DNA from: Croceibacterium sp.
Lineage (GTDB): Bacteria; Pseudomonadota; Alphaproteobacteria; Sphingomonadales; Sphingomonadaceae
Assembly: GCA_025450635.1 (NCBI GenBank)
Contig: JANWHA010000034.1
Location: 1 to 61,188, forward strand
DNA length: 61,188 nucleotides
Direction: 5' to 3'
Both the position numbers and the translations under genes were made by a program. A model generated the notes under the pieces. The model was not told the origin of the DNA and did not search any database. It saw nothing but the letters and a program-made list of their open reading frames with translations. This document shows, piece by piece, positions 25,987 to 36,520 of this stretch. Position 1 is the stretch's first letter; each line of letters starts with the position of its first letter.

Positions 25987-27128
25987 CAGGCGGCAGTGAA
26001 GGCCCGGGCGAGCGCCGCGCGCAGCGGCTTCGGCGTGTAATCGTCGCCGTAGGGCGTCCCTCGCACCTCGAGCTTGTCGGCGCGCGGGGAAAAACCCTGC
26101 AACCAGCTGAACTTGTCGACCATGCCCCAGGCGAGGATGTCGCCGAGCTGCCCGTAATCGAGCATCACGTCGAAGTAGCGCCGCGCGAAGTCGGCGACCC
26201 GCTCGTCGCGCCGCGCGATATCGCCGGGCAGCGCCTTGTCCTTCACGTCGAACTCGGTGATCAACAGCTTGTAGCCCATGCCCACAACCTCGTCGAGGAA
26301 ATGGCGCCACTCGGTCTCGAGATAGGGGCCGACGCCGCTGGCCGGATCGAGCGAAAACATCTCGATGTGCGACTGCACCCCGAGGGCGTCGACCGGCGTG
26401 CCGCGCTTGCGCAGACCCTCCAGCAGCCGCAGCACCCCGACGCAGTGGCCGCGCGAGCCCGGCTCCCAGCTCATGAAATCGTTGTAGACCAGCTGCGCGT
26501 CCGGCAGCTGCTGGCGAGCGGTATGGAAGGCGAGGTCGAGCAGCGCCTCGGGGCTGCCGAGCGCCTGGGTGACGTTGTTGACCCGCAGGCCGCGTGTGGC
26601 GCCGTCGACCGCCTCGTTGATCACGTCGTAGCTGTGGATCACGCCGCGATAGCGGCCGGTTACGGTGCGGATGTGCGTGGTCAGCAGCCGCTCGGCCTCA
26701 CGTGCGGGGTTGGCGCCGAAGTCATAGTTGGTCAGCCACCTGGGGAAGCGCTCCGGCCGGTCCCAGAATAGCGTGTGCCCGCGGACCGCCAGCTTGTGCG
26801 CCTGCGCCCACGCGACGATCGCGTCCATCTTGGCGAAATCGAACTTGTGGGGCGCCGGGCGGGTCGCCTGCCACTTGAGCTCGTTCTCGGGCACGATCAC
26901 GCCGCATTCACTGGCGACGATCGCCGCGTAGTCGGGATTGCCGATCCCGCCGCCGCGCCGCCCGCCGATGGCGCTGCCGAAGCGGCGCCCCTTGCGCATC
27001 GCCAGTGCGTTGAGCGAGGGCGAAGGAACCGTCGGTGCGACGGAAGCGACAAGCGGCGAGGCATGGGCTGCCAGCGGCATCGCGGCGAGCCCGGCCAGGG
27101 TTTGGCGTCTGGTGACGGAAAGGCTCAT
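25986..27128 (-). CDS. GH10 endo-1,4-beta-xylanase, Tat-exported
   Basis: Tat motif TRRQTL; PENELKW, RGHTLFW, YDVINEA (acid/base), YNDF, GVQSH, ITEFDV (nucleophile); ATG 27128 coupled to the MFS stop. Confidence 0.93.
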   Translation of the reverse strand: MSLSVTRRQTLAGLAAMPLAAHASPLVASVAPTVPSPSLNALAMRKGRRFGSAIGGRRGGGIGNPDYAAIVASECGVIVPENELKWQATRPAPHKFDFAKMDAIVAWAQAHKLAVRGHTLFWDRPERFPRWLTNYDFGANPAREAERLLTTHIRTVTGRYRGVIHSYDVINEAVDGATRGLRVNNVTQALGSPEALLDLAFHTARQQLPDAQLVYNDFMSWEPGSRGHCVGVLRLLEGLRKRGTPVDALGVQSHIEMFSLDPASGVGPYLETEWRHFLDEVVGMGYKLLITEFDVKDKALPGDIARRDERVADFARRYFDVMLDYGQLGDILAWGMVDKFSWLQGFSPRADKLEVRGTPYGDDYTPKPLRAALARAFTAA

Positions 27129-28414
27129 AGCGGCGCGGGCTCCATGTTCGGCACGAGCAGGTGGATCACCGCGAAGGCCAGCAGGTAGGCGATCCCGGCA
27201 TAGAGCACGATCGGCACATAGGAGCCGGTCAACTGCAGCGTCCATCCCGTCGCCTGGGCCATGAGGATCCCGCCGACCGCGCCCGCCGCGCCGCCCATCC
27301 CGGCGACGGTCGCCACCGCGCGGCGCGGGTAGAGGTCGGAAATCATCGCGAAGATGTTCGACGAGAACGCCTGGTGCCCCGCGGTGCCGAGCCCGATCAG
27401 CAGCACGACCACGCCGGCGTTGCCGATGCTCGCCACACTCACCAGTGGCAGCGCGCACAGCGCGGCGATGAACAGCGTGGTCTTGCGCGCGCGATTGACG
27501 CTCCACCCCCGCTGGATCAGGTGCGACGACAGCCAGCCGCCGGCGATCGAGCCGACATCAGCGAGCAGGTACACGCCAATCAACGCCGGGCCGATGGTCG
27601 AGAAGACGCTGCCCTGCCCGGTCGGAAACAGGTTCATGCCCTGGGTCTTGGAGAAGAAGTCGGGCAGCCAGAACAGGAACAGGTACCACACCGGATCAGT
27701 GAAGAACTTGCCGCAGATGAAGTACCACGCCTGCCGCTGGCGCAGCGCGGCCGCCCAGCCGAGCGGCTGGCCCGCGCCATCCTCGCCGTCCTGCACGATA
27801 TGCGCCCGCTCCGGCCCGGCGATGTGCGGGTGATCCTCCGGCAGGCGGTACATCCTCAGCCAGGCGACCAGCACCAGCAGGCCGAGCAAGCCGGTTACCA
27901 GGAACGCCGCGCGCCAGCCGAACATACCCGCGACCATGATCCCGGCGATCGGCGTCAGCAGCACACCGACGTTGGCGCCGGCGTTGAGGATGCCGACGCC
28001 GAGCGCACGCTCCTGGCGCGGGAACCACTCGGCGACCGATTTGACCGCACCGGGGTAAGCGGCGCTTTCGGCCAGGCCGAGTGCGGCGCGGGCAAGGATG
28101 AAGGCCAGCACCGTCCGCGCGACGGAATGGAACGCCGCGGCCACGCTCCACAACGCGATGGCGATGGCCATGCCCTTGCGAGTGCCGACCCGGTCGAGCC
28201 AACGGCCGACGACCAGCAGGCCGACGCCGTAGCTCGCCTGGAACGCGGTGACGATGTTGCCGTAATCGACCTCGCTCCAGCGCATGTCCTTGGCGATGAC
28301 CGGCTTGAGCACCCCGATGACCTGGCGGTCGACGTAGTTGATGGTGATGACGCAGAACAGCAACGCGCAGATCGACCAGCGGTAGCGGCCGATACGGGTT
28401 TCCCCGTTGCTCAC
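27125..28414 (-). CDS. MFS transporter, ExuT-like hexuronate/ACS family
   Basis: RYRWSICALLF, INYVDRQ, LGLAESAAYPG, AEWFPRQERA, FTDPVWYLFLFWLP. Confidence 0.87.
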   Translation of the reverse strand: MSNGETRIGRYRWSICALLFCVITINYVDRQVIGVLKPVIAKDMRWSEVDYGNIVTAFQASYGVGLLVVGRWLDRVGTRKGMAIAIALWSVAAAFHSVARTVLAFILARAALGLAESAAYPGAVKSVAEWFPRQERALGVGILNAGANVGVLLTPIAGIMVAGMFGWRAAFLVTGLLGLLVLVAWLRMYRLPEDHPHIAGPERAHIVQDGEDGAGQPLGWAAALRQRQAWYFICGKFFTDPVWYLFLFWLPDFFSKTQGMNLFPTGQGSVFSTIGPALIGVYLLADVGSIAGGWLSSHLIQRGWSVNRARKTTLFIAALCALPLVSVASIGNAGVVVLLIGLGTAGHQAFSSNIFAMISDLYPRRAVATVAGMGGAAGAVGGILMAQATGWTLQLTGSYVPIVLYAGIAYLLAFAVIHLLVPNMEPAPL

Positions 28415-30795
28415 GCGACGACGAAGCCGCTGGACTTGAGGTTGGCCGAGCTGTTGCCGACGTGGACCGCGACCGGGCCCGGCCCGTTCACTTCCTTCAT
28501 CGCACGGTCGAAGTAGGCGAGCTGCGCCGGCGTGATGGTGAAGCGCACCGTGCGGCTTTCCCCGGGCGTCAGTGTGACACGCTCAAAGCCCTTCAATTCG
28601 AGGACCGGGCGCGTGACCGGCAGCTCGGTGCGAGTGATGTAGAGCTGGACCACCTCGTCGCCCGCGCGTCGGCCGGTGTTGGTGACGGTCGCTTCGACCT
28701 GCACGGGCTGGTCCGCCGCGACGCGCGTTGCCGAGAGCCGCGGCGGCGAAATATCGAAGCTGGTGTAGCTGAGCCCGTGGCCGAACGGGAACAGCGGCGC
28801 GGCGTCTTCGAACAGGTAGCCGCGCCGGGCGCTCGGCTTATGGTTGTAGAACAGCGGGATCTGGCCGGCGTCGCGCACCACGCTCACCGGCAGCTTGGCC
28901 CCGGGATTGACTTTGCCGAGCAGCGCCTCGGCCATCGCCGTGCCGCCTTCCTGGCCGGAGTACCAGCATTCGAGCAGCGCATCGGCCCTGGCTACCACGT
29001 TGGGCCAGCTCGGCGGGCGGCCGTTGATTGCGCAAACAACGAGCGGCTTGCCGAGGGCTACCAGGGCGTCGACCAGCGCGTTCTGGTCGCCGACGATGTC
29101 GAGGTTGTCGCGATCGCCGAGATGGGTCTTGGCGAAGCCCTCGCGGCTGGTCTGCTCGGTGTCGCCGATGGCGAGGACGATGGTGTCGCACGTCTTCGCC
29201 ACACTCACCGCCTGGGCGATCAACTGCAGGTTGCGGTCGTGCGGGAACAGCTCGACCGTATCGACCGAGCGGTCGTCGCTGGTGGTGATGAACACGCCCT
29301 GGGCAGTGACCAACTCGGCCTGCGGAGCCGCCGCGCGCAAGCCCTCGATCAGCGTCACCGCCTGCTTGGGGACGCTCGAATAGCCGCCGAAGCGCACGAT
29401 ATCATGGTTCGGTCCGATCACCGCCACCCGGCCCATCTTCGCCGGATCGAGCGGCAGCGTGCCGTTCCTGTTGGTCAGCAGGCACAGCGACTTGCGCGCC
29501 GCTTCGAGCGCAAGCGCGCGCGCCTCGGCGTTGGCGGTAATCGCCTCGGTCTTCGCGGCGTCGCCGTACGGGTTCTCGAACAGCCTGGCACGCATCTTGA
29601 AGGTCAACACGCGGGCGCAGGCGCGATCGATCAGCGCCGGGTCGACTTTTCCGGCCCTTACCTGGTCGGGCAGCGTAGCGAAGCACTGCCCGTCGGGCAG
29701 CTCGCTGTCGACCCCGGCCATCAGCGCCAGCCGCGCAGCCTCGCCATCGTCGGCCGCGATGTGGTGCAGCGTCACCAGCTGGTCGACGCCGTTGTAGTCG
29801 CTCGAGACGATGCCGTCGAAGCCCCACTCGCCGCGGAGCACCTTGTCGAGGAGCCACACGTTCGAATGGTTGGGGACGCCGTCGATCTCGTTGTAGCTCG
29901 GCATCACCGCGGCGATCGAGGTCCGCTCGATCGCCGCGCGGAACGGCGGGAAGAAGTTCTCGCGTAACTCGCGCTCGGAAGCCTCGGATGGCCCCGCGTT
30001 GATGCCGCTGTCGGGCTGGCCATGGCCGGTGAAGTGCTTGAGTGTGGCGAACACGTGGTCGGGCGGTAGCCGGTCGAACTTGCCGGGCCCTTGCAGACCC
30101 TCGACGGCCGCCACGCTCATTTCCGAAACAAGATAGGGGTCCTCGCCGAACGTCTCTTCGATCCGGCCCCAACGCGGATCGCGGGCGATATCGACCACCG
30201 GCGAAAGGACGTAATGCGTGCCCCTCGTCCGTACTTCGCGAGCGATGACCGTGTGTACCCGGCGCACGAGATCGGTGTCGAAGGTACCCGCCATGGCGAT
30301 CGCTTGCGGGAACATCGTCGCCTGCGTCGCCATGTACCCGTGGAGCGATTCCTCGTGGACCAGCACGGGGATGCCGAGACGGGTGCCTTCTAGCGCCCAT
30401 TTCTGCAGCGCGTTGATGAACTCGACCGTCTGGCGCGGGGTGCGCCAGCGGTCGGCTGAGCCGCCCGCCGCCTGGCCGACGCCCGGCGTGCCGCGCTTGT
30501 CCGACGGCCGGCCGAGCGCGCCGATGCCGTCCGGGAAATTGGCGCTGGCCTTGGCGGGATCGAAATCGAGGCCGCTGAGCATCGCGCCCTTGCCCGCCCA
30601 CACGCCGCGCAACTGGGCGACCTTCTCGGCCAGGGTCATTCGCGCCAGCAGGTCGGCCACGCGCGCCTGGACGGGTGCCCGCGCGTCCTTGTAGAGCGGT
30701 GCGCCGGCCTTGGCGAAAGCGAGCGGCGCCTGCGCCACCGCCAGCGCAGCAATGCTGCCGCCGGCGAGCAGGCGCAGCGCGCCGCGCCGGTTCAC
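28411..30795 (-). CDS. GH3 beta-xylosidase/beta-glucosidase (Tat signal)
   Basis: NRRGAL Tat-like leader; RDPRWGRIEETFGEDP, KHF, SDY nucleophile, FPFGHGLSYT, FnIII tail ELKGFER. Confidence 0.92.
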   Translation of the reverse strand: MNRRGALRLLAGGSIAALAVAQAPLAFAKAGAPLYKDARAPVQARVADLLARMTLAEKVAQLRGVWAGKGAMLSGLDFDPAKASANFPDGIGALGRPSDKRGTPGVGQAAGGSADRWRTPRQTVEFINALQKWALEGTRLGIPVLVHEESLHGYMATQATMFPQAIAMAGTFDTDLVRRVHTVIAREVRTRGTHYVLSPVVDIARDPRWGRIEETFGEDPYLVSEMSVAAVEGLQGPGKFDRLPPDHVFATLKHFTGHGQPDSGINAGPSEASERELRENFFPPFRAAIERTSIAAVMPSYNEIDGVPNHSNVWLLDKVLRGEWGFDGIVSSDYNGVDQLVTLHHIAADDGEAARLALMAGVDSELPDGQCFATLPDQVRAGKVDPALIDRACARVLTFKMRARLFENPYGDAAKTEAITANAEARALALEAARKSLCLLTNRNGTLPLDPAKMGRVAVIGPNHDIVRFGGYSSVPKQAVTLIEGLRAAAPQAELVTAQGVFITTSDDRSVDTVELFPHDRNLQLIAQAVSVAKTCDTIVLAIGDTEQTSREGFAKTHLGDRDNLDIVGDQNALVDALVALGKPLVVCAINGRPPSWPNVVARADALLECWYSGQEGGTAMAEALLGKVNPGAKLPVSVVRDAGQIPLFYNHKPSARRGYLFEDAAPLFPFGHGLSYTSFDISPPRLSATRVAADQPVQVEATVTNTGRRAGDEVVQLYITRTELPVTRPVLELKGFERVTLTPGESRTVRFTITPAQLAYFDRAMKEVNGPGPVAVHVGNSSANLKSSGFVVA

Positions 30796-33215
30796 GGCGA
30801 CACCGTCAGCGTCGTGCTCTTGAGATACTGCGAGTCCGGCCCGGCCATGATGGTGAAGGTGCCCGGCTCAATCACCCGCTTCATCTCGCGGTTCCACAGC
30901 GCCAGGCTGTCGGGGCGGATGGCGAGGGTGACCTGCTTGGTTTCGCCGGGCTGCAGCGTGACGCGCTGAAAGCCGGCCAGCTCCTTCACCGGCCGGGTGA
31001 CGGTGCTGATGTCGTCGCGCAAGTAGACCTGCACCACTTCGTCGCCCGCCACCTTGCCGGTGTTGGTCACCGGCACCGTCACGCTGACGCCGTCTCCGGC
31101 CTTGATCGTCGGCGACGCGAGCACCGGCGCGCCGACGGCGAAGGTCGTGTAGCTGAGCCCGTAACCGAACGGGAACAGCGGCGTGTCCTCGCTGAACAGG
31201 TAGCCGCGGTGGGCGCTTGGCTTGTAATCGTAGAACATCGGCAGCTGGCCGACGTCGCGCGCGACCGTCACCGGCAGCTTGCCGCCAGGATTGACGCGGC
31301 CGAACAGCGCGTCGGCGATCGCGTTGCCCTGCTGCTCGCCGGCGTACCACGTCTCGAGCATCGCGTTCGCTCCGGCGGCGACTGTCGGGTAGCTCGGTGG
31401 GCGCCCGTTCACCAGAACCGCGACGATCGGCTTGCCGAGCGCCTTCAGCGCGTTGAACAGGTCGTTCTGCTGGCCGACCAAGTCGAGCGAGGCGCGGTCG
31501 CCGAGATGGCTGTCGGCCCAGCCCTCGCGGCTGGTCTGCTCGGTGTCGCCGACGAACAGCACGATGGTGTCGGCCTTTTTGGCGACCTCGACGGCCTGGG
31601 CGATCAGCCGGGCGTTCTCGGCCGGATCGCCGAGCTCGACCTTGTCCTGCCACCAGTCGTCGCCCTTGGTGATCACCACGCCCTCAGCGGTGACGATGTT
31701 GGCCCGGTTGCCGACCAGCGCCTCGATCCCCGCGAGCGGCGACACGGTGCTGCGCGGGACGCCGTAATAGCCGCCGAGGTGGGCCTTGGTCGAAGTCTGG
31801 CCGATCACCGCGATGGTCGGCTTCGCTCCGCTTGCGGGCAACGCCAGCGGCAGAGTGCCGTCGTTCTTGAGCAGGATCAGCGACTCCGCCGCCGCCTTGC
31901 GCGCCAGCGCCTGCGCCGCGGGCCCGTCGGACTTCTCCGCCGCGGCGAGATCGGCCCACGGGTTTTCGAACAGCCCCGCCTCGAACTTCATCGTCAGCAT
32001 GTGGCCGACCGCGGCGTCGATCTCGCTCATCGGCACTTCGCCGTTCTGCACGGCTTCCTTGAGGTGGACGTAGGCGTTGCCGGTGGGCAGGTCGATGTCG
32101 ACGCCGGCCTTGAGCGCCAGCTCGGCCGCGGTCTTCAGGTCGGGCGCGATCTTGTGCAGCTCCATCAGCTGGCCGATGGCGTAGTAATCGCTCACCACCG
32201 CGCCCTTGTAGCCCCACTCGCCGCGCAGCACGTCGTGCAACAGCCAGACGTTCGAATGCGAAGGAATGCCGTCGATCTCGTTATAGCTCGCCATCACGGC
32301 GTCGATGCCGGTGCGCTTCACCACCTGTTCGAACGGCGGGAAGAAGAATTCGCGCAATGTGCGCTCGCCGATCGGCGCCGGGCCGACGTTGGTGCCGCTT
32401 TCGGGCTGGCCGTGGCCGGTCATGTGCTTGAGCGTGGCGAAGACCTTGCCGGGCGGGAGCTTGCCGTCGGCCGTCCTCGCACCCTGCAGGCCCTCGACGG
32501 CGGCGACGCCAAGCTCACTGACGAGGTACGGGTCCTCGCCGAACGTCTCCTCGATCCGGCCCCAGCGCGGGTCGCGGCTGACGTCGACCACCGGCGAAAG
32601 CACCTCCTGCACGCCCCGCGGGCGCGCTTCGCTAGCAATCTCGGCATCGACCTCGCGCAACAAGTCCGGATCCCACGTCGAGGCGAGGCCGATCGCTTGC
32701 GGGTAGCTCGTCGCGTCCTTGACCGCGAGGCCGTGCAGCGCTTCCTCGTGGAACATCACCGGAATGCCGAGCCGGGTATGCTCACGTGCCCAGGTCTGCA
32801 CGGCGTTGACGTAGGCGACGCTCTGCTCGATGCTGCGCGGCGGCTCGACCCGCGGACTGCCCGGGCCGTGGAGATCGGAGGGGCGCGAGATTTCGCCGAT
32901 ACCGTTGGGATGAGTCTGCGTCGCCTTGGCGGGGTCGAAGGTGTAGTCGGCGCGCTGGATGTCGGTCTTGTTGTCCCAAAGCGCGGTGATCTGGGCGATC
33001 TTCTCGTCGAGCGTCATCCGCCCGAGCAGGTCGGCGACCCGCTGCTCGGTCGGCAGCGAGGCATTCCAGTAAGGCGCGTCGGCCATCGGCTTGGGGATGT
33101 TGGGCACCGCCGAAGCCGGCGCAGTCTTCGCCTCGATGGCGCCCGAGAAGCCGATCGACAGCGCCGCCAACCCGATTCCTGCGGCCACTGCGGCGGCCCT
33201 GGTGCGGACCCTCAT
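30792..33215 (-). CDS. GH3 beta-xylosidase/beta-glucosidase (Sec signal)
   Basis: HEEALHG, RDPRWGRIEETFGEDP, KHM, SDY, FPFGYGLSYT; tandem paralogue of the downstream GH3. Confidence 0.92.
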   Translation of the reverse strand: MRVRTRAAAVAAGIGLAALSIGFSGAIEAKTAPASAVPNIPKPMADAPYWNASLPTEQRVADLLGRMTLDEKIAQITALWDNKTDIQRADYTFDPAKATQTHPNGIGEISRPSDLHGPGSPRVEPPRSIEQSVAYVNAVQTWAREHTRLGIPVMFHEEALHGLAVKDATSYPQAIGLASTWDPDLLREVDAEIASEARPRGVQEVLSPVVDVSRDPRWGRIEETFGEDPYLVSELGVAAVEGLQGARTADGKLPPGKVFATLKHMTGHGQPESGTNVGPAPIGERTLREFFFPPFEQVVKRTGIDAVMASYNEIDGIPSHSNVWLLHDVLRGEWGYKGAVVSDYYAIGQLMELHKIAPDLKTAAELALKAGVDIDLPTGNAYVHLKEAVQNGEVPMSEIDAAVGHMLTMKFEAGLFENPWADLAAAEKSDGPAAQALARKAAAESLILLKNDGTLPLALPASGAKPTIAVIGQTSTKAHLGGYYGVPRSTVSPLAGIEALVGNRANIVTAEGVVITKGDDWWQDKVELGDPAENARLIAQAVEVAKKADTIVLFVGDTEQTSREGWADSHLGDRASLDLVGQQNDLFNALKALGKPIVAVLVNGRPPSYPTVAAGANAMLETWYAGEQQGNAIADALFGRVNPGGKLPVTVARDVGQLPMFYDYKPSAHRGYLFSEDTPLFPFGYGLSYTTFAVGAPVLASPTIKAGDGVSVTVPVTNTGKVAGDEVVQVYLRDDISTVTRPVKELAGFQRVTLQPGETKQVTLAIRPDSLALWNREMKRVIEPGTFTIMAGPDSQYLKSTTLTVSP

Positions 33216-33258
33216 AGGAGCTCTCCCATCCGCCGCATCTTGACTGCGCGGCCCTTCG

Positions 33259-33272
33259 TGATAGCGCTACCA
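33259..33272. promoter_or_regulatory. LacI/XylR-type operator (site 3)
   Basis: TGATAGCGCTACCA between divergent GH3 and GH67; a minus-strand TTGACA (33297-33292) puts a candidate -10 inside the operator. Confidence 0.9.
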
Positions 33273-33277
33273 TGATT

Positions 33278-35365
33278 ATGGGGAGAGGGGTTGTCAATCG
33301 CCTCATGGCGCTCGCTGCGGCCCTCGCCGTAGCCGCCCTGCCCCTGACCGCACGGGCAGAGGACGGGTATCGGCTGTGGCTGCGCTACGCGCCGCTCGAA
33401 GGCAAGGAGCTCGCCCGGCTCGAATCGTTCAATCCACGCCTCGCATCCGTCGTTCGCGACGGGATGGAGCCGAGCCAGCGCGTTGCGGCCGGCGAGCTCC
33501 AGGTGGGGTTGAATTCGTTGCTCGGTGTCACTTCGCGCAAGGTGGGGCAAAATCCCGGCGACGTCGTTCTCGCCTGCGACCAGCCGCGACTGGGCGACGG
33601 TAGCTTCACCATCAAGGCTGAGCACCATGCTATCCGGATCGCCGGACCCGGCCAACTGAGCTGCCTTTATGGCGTGTTCGCTCTGCTGCGAGAGCTGTCG
33701 CTTGGCGCTGATCCCAACACGATCGACCTCGCCGAGCATCCCGCCATGCCGCTGCGCATGCTCGACCATTGGGACGATCCCAACGGCTATGTCCTGCGCG
33801 GTTATTCGGGCCGCTCGATCTTCGACTGGTGGAAGCTACCGGAGCATCTCGACCAGCGGCTGATCGACTATGCGCGCGCCGACGCCTCGATCGGCATCAA
33901 CGGCGCGGTCGTCAACAGCGTCAACGCCAGCCCGCTGTTCCTGACCGACCGCTACATCCCCAAGCTCAAGCGCGTCGCGGACGCGTGGCGGCCCTACGGC
34001 ATCCGGCTGTACATCTCGGTGCGGTTCTCCGCGCCGAAGGAGATCGGCGGACTGCCGACGGCCGACCCGCTCGACCCGGCGGTGCAGGCCTGGTGGAAGG
34101 CGCGAGCCGATGCGCTCTATGCCGCGATCCCGGATTTCGGCGGCTTCCTGGTCAAGGCCAATTCCGAAGGCGAGCCGGGCCCGCAGGACTATCACCGCAG
34201 CCACGCCGAAGGGGCCAACGCCCTCGCCCGCGCGGTCGGCGACCGCGGCGTCGTGATCTGGCGGGCGTTCGTCTATTCGGCCGAGGACAAGACCGACCGG
34301 GCGATGCAGGCCTACAACGAGTTCGTCCCGCTCGACGGCAAGTTCGACAGGAACGTCATACTGCAGGTCAAGAACGGCCCGATCGACTTCCAGCCGCGCG
34401 AGCCGTTCCACCCGCTGTTCGGGGCGATGCCGCACACCCGCCTGATGTTCGAAGGGCAGATCACCAAGGAATACCTCGGGCAGGCGACCCACCTCGTCTA
34501 TCTCGCGCCGCTGTGGAAGGAAGCGCTGGATTGGCGCACCGGCCCCGACGGAACCGTGGCACAGGTCATCGCGCCGGCGGGAATGGCCGGCGTCGCCAAC
34601 ACCGGCTCGGACCGCGACTGGTCGGGCTCGCACTTCAACCAGGCCAATTGGTACACCTTCGGCCGGCTGGCGTGGGACCCGAGCCTGTCGAGCGAGCGGA
34701 TCGCCCGCGAATGGGCAGCGCAGACTTTCAGCCGCGACCCGGCCTTCCTCGCCAAAGTGGTGCCGATGATGATCGCCAGCCGCCAGGCGGTGGTCGACTA
34801 CATGACCCCGCTCGGCCTCGCACACCAGATGGCGACCGGGCACCATTACGGCCCCGGCCCGTGGGTTTGCGACCTGCAGCGGCCCGAGTGGAACCCGTGC
34901 TATTACGCCCGCGCCGACAAGGACGGCATCGGCTTCGACCGCACCGCCAAAGGCAGCAACGCGCTGTCGCAGTACGCGCCGTCCGTTGCGGCCCGATGGA
35001 GCGACCCGCGCGCGACTGATCCGGACTACCTGCTGTGGTTCCATCACGTGCCGTGGGACTTTCCCATGCCTTCCGGCAAGCCGCTGTGGAACGAGTTGAT
35101 CGCGCGCTATGATCGCGGCGTCGCGACGGTCGACGCGATGGCGCAGACCTGGGCCTCACTGCAGGCATACGTCGACCCCGAGCGGTTCCAGGACACCGCC
35201 GATTACCTGCGAATCCAGGGGCAGGAGGCGCGCTGGTGGCGCGATGCCTCGATCGCGTATTGGCAGTCGGTCAACCATTTGCCCCTGCCCGCTGGCGTAC
35301 GCCCGCCGGAGCACACGCTCCCCTACTACAAATCGCTCTCCTTTCCCGAGGCGCCGGGACAATGA
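33278..35365 (+). CDS. aguA: GH67 alpha-glucuronidase, secreted
   Basis: AEDGYRLWLRY, RMLDHWD, RGYSG, LVKANSEGEPGP, KNGPIDFQPREP, ITKEYLGQ, LLWFHH. Start uncertain (33272/33278/33305). Confidence 0.93.
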   Translation: MGRGVVNRLMALAAALAVAALPLTARAEDGYRLWLRYAPLEGKELARLESFNPRLASVVRDGMEPSQRVAAGELQVGLNSLLGVTSRKVGQNPGDVVLACDQPRLGDGSFTIKAEHHAIRIAGPGQLSCLYGVFALLRELSLGADPNTIDLAEHPAMPLRMLDHWDDPNGYVLRGYSGRSIFDWWKLPEHLDQRLIDYARADASIGINGAVVNSVNASPLFLTDRYIPKLKRVADAWRPYGIRLYISVRFSAPKEIGGLPTADPLDPAVQAWWKARADALYAAIPDFGGFLVKANSEGEPGPQDYHRSHAEGANALARAVGDRGVVIWRAFVYSAEDKTDRAMQAYNEFVPLDGKFDRNVILQVKNGPIDFQPREPFHPLFGAMPHTRLMFEGQITKEYLGQATHLVYLAPLWKEALDWRTGPDGTVAQVIAPAGMAGVANTGSDRDWSGSHFNQANWYTFGRLAWDPSLSSERIAREWAAQTFSRDPAFLAKVVPMMIASRQAVVDYMTPLGLAHQMATGHHYGPGPWVCDLQRPEWNPCYYARADKDGIGFDRTAKGSNALSQYAPSVAARWSDPRATDPDYLLWFHHVPWDFPMPSGKPLWNELIARYDRGVATVDAMAQTWASLQAYVDPERFQDTADYLRIQGQEARWWRDASIAYWQSVNHLPLPAGVRPPEHTLPYYKSLSFPEAPGQ

Positions 35366-35419
35366 CATGAGCCAAGAAAACCCTTTGTCGCGCCCCGGTG
35401 CCGTCTTAAGAGCCGCCCG

Positions 35420-36517
35420 ATGAGCAGAGCCAAGGCCGAGATTGCCCCGCGCAAGACCGGGCGCCACAAGGGCGCACCGACGATCTCGGACGTCGCCCGC
35501 CTGGCGAATTGCTCGCCGATGACGGTCAGCCGGGTGATCAACGGCGAGCGCAGCGTGCGCGAGCAAACCCGCCAGGCGGTGCTCGAGGCGATCCACGACC
35601 TCAGTTACAAGCCGAACCGCGCCGCCCGCCGCCTTGCCGGATCCGACCAGGCGCGCATCGCACTGCTCTATTCGAACCCGTCCGCCTCGTACCTCAGCGA
35701 ACTGCTGATGGGCGGATTGGAGCAGGCGAGCCTCAGCGACGTCCATTTGGTGGTTGAACGGTGCGAATTCGAGCGGGACGAATTCGCGGTGGTCCGCCGC
35801 CTCACCGACAGCGGCATCGAAGGCTTCCTGTTGCCCTCGCCGCTGTGCGACGAGCAGCCGCTGCTGGACCTGCTGACGCAGCTCGGGATGAGCGCGGTCG
35901 CGATCGGTGCGGGCGTCGGCCCGGATCACCATTCGGCCGTGATGATCGACGAATTCCAGGCGGCCTATGACATGACCGAGCACATCATCAAGCTCGGCCA
36001 CAAGCGCGTCGGCTTTATCATCGGCAACCCTCACCAGACGGCCAGCGCGCTGCGCCTCGAAGGCTTCCAGGCGGCGATGGCCGCGCACGGGCTCGAAGTG
36101 CCGCCGGGCTATCTCGCGCAAGGGCTGTTCAGCTACCGATCGGGCCTCGATGCGGCGACGCGGCTGCTCAACCAGCCCGATCCGCCCAGCGCCATCTTCG
36201 CCTCCAACGACGACATGGCCGCGGCGACTGTCGCCGTGGCCCACCGGCTGCACCTCGACGTGCCGGTCGACGTCTCGGTCTGCGGGTTCGACGATACCGC
36301 CATCGCCAGCACCATCTGGCCCGAGCTGACCACGATCCGCCAGCCGATCGGCGAAATGTCGCGCCGGGCGATCGAGCTGCTCAGCGCCGAGCTCAAGCAG
36401 AAGCGCGGCGGCGGCCGCCCCGAGCCGACCACTGTCACGCTCGGCTACGAGCTGATCCGGCGCGATTCGGACGCCGCCCCGACCCTCGCCAAGCGTTCGG
36501 CCCGCGGCAAGGGCTGA
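35420..36517 (+). CDS. LacI family transcriptional regulator (probable XylR-type)
   Basis: PTISDVARLANCSPMTVSRVIN HTH, YKPNRAARRL hinge, FASNDDMA, GFDD, LTTIRQP. Confidence 0.94.
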   Translation: MSRAKAEIAPRKTGRHKGAPTISDVARLANCSPMTVSRVINGERSVREQTRQAVLEAIHDLSYKPNRAARRLAGSDQARIALLYSNPSASYLSELLMGGLEQASLSDVHLVVERCEFERDEFAVVRRLTDSGIEGFLLPSPLCDEQPLLDLLTQLGMSAVAIGAGVGPDHHSAVMIDEFQAAYDMTEHIIKLGHKRVGFIIGNPHQTASALRLEGFQAAMAAHGLEVPPGYLAQGLFSYRSGLDAATRLLNQPDPPSAIFASNDDMAAATVAVAHRLHLDVPVDVSVCGFDDTAIASTIWPELTTIRQPIGEMSRRAIELLSAELKQKRGGGRPEPTTVTLGYELIRRDSDAAPTLAKRSARGKG

Positions 36518-36520
36518 GCG

